Below, in pieces: positions 63,448-64,000 of a DNA stretch of 64,000 nucleotides (positions are counted from its first letter, which is position 1; every line of letters starts with the position of its first letter). This stretch comes from Phoronis australis. Taxonomy: Eukaryota > Animalia > Phoronida. A model generated the notes under the pieces. The model ran no database searches and was not told where the DNA came from. It was given only the letters and a program-made list of their open reading frames with translations. The DNA is taken from the NCBI GenBank assembly GCA_002633005.1, contig NMRA01000023.1:1692601-1756600 (forward strand), read 5' to 3'. The position numbers and the translations under genes are program-made.

Positions 63448-64000
63448 CTTAATGAAAAAGACATCACATGCATCTATCAAGTGATATAAAAACAATGCAA
63501 CAATAGTTTAATAAGGACTCAGAAAGCCACATTCATTATCTGTTAGTTACAGTCTAATGTTGTCGTATTTCTGGAAATTATTATTGCTAGGAAAGACATC
63601 ATTGATTATCCAGTTGATTGTCCAGTTGATTGCCCACTTGATTATACAGTTGAGTGTCAATCCTGCTTACATTAAGGTCAATTTCTTGAATTCTTTTCAC
63701 ACTAAATTTCGTGAACAAAGATGGAACTTGTCGTGAATTTTGCTGAAATTCATGTGTGCCTCCTGAAATGATTCTAACACAAACATTGCAATATTTTTTT
63801 TCAACAACAGTAAAACATAATTATAAGAAAAGACAGCAATTTCAATTGATGATAATTTATAATAAAAGAATTTTCATACAAATTCAATCAACCATTTTAT
63901 ACTTTAATGAATGGTATAATATGATAGAAATGGTTGATAAGAATTCACATTAACCCATGACATGTTTTATCATCACGGCAAAGTTTATCGTCAACGGTCA

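Noticed and set aside
63448-63450. AAG (non-YAG) acceptor in UMPS
   Set aside because: An uncommon but accepted 3' splice site; the frame and catalytic motif are intact.

Overview
AT-rich, intron-rich animal genomic DNA, probably from an invertebrate bilaterian, with three N gaps. Hand-splicing recovers four protein-coding genes that the ORF track mostly misses. (1) The first two coding exons of a heme-type cystathionine beta-synthase (CBS, minus strand, runs off the left edge). (2) A complete PP2A scaffold A subunit gene (PPP2R1A/B-like, + strand, 10810-31956, 591 aa). (3) A complete 3-exon secreted Frizzled-related protein of the sFRP1/2/5 class (minus strand, 45971-36514, 354 aa) with a Lys/Gly-rich tail. 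(4) The last four exons of UMPS (OMP decarboxylase domain, minus strand, runs off the right edge). The main finding is in the PP2A-A gene: two intact, tandem 143-nt versions of the exon covering the HEAT13/14 region (27644-27786 and 28183-28325, 23/47 aa identical). Including both or skipping both gives an immediate stop, which fits mutually exclusive splicing. The flanking introns hold long stems and a repeated 9-mer that may form competing RNA structures. Non-coding DNA is dense with nested MITEs (5-bp TSD hAT-like, PIF/Harbinger, Tc1/mariner), a decayed hAT transposase, a LINE remnant, a Helentron-like repeat carrying arrays of CTCF-like motifs, and minisatellites.
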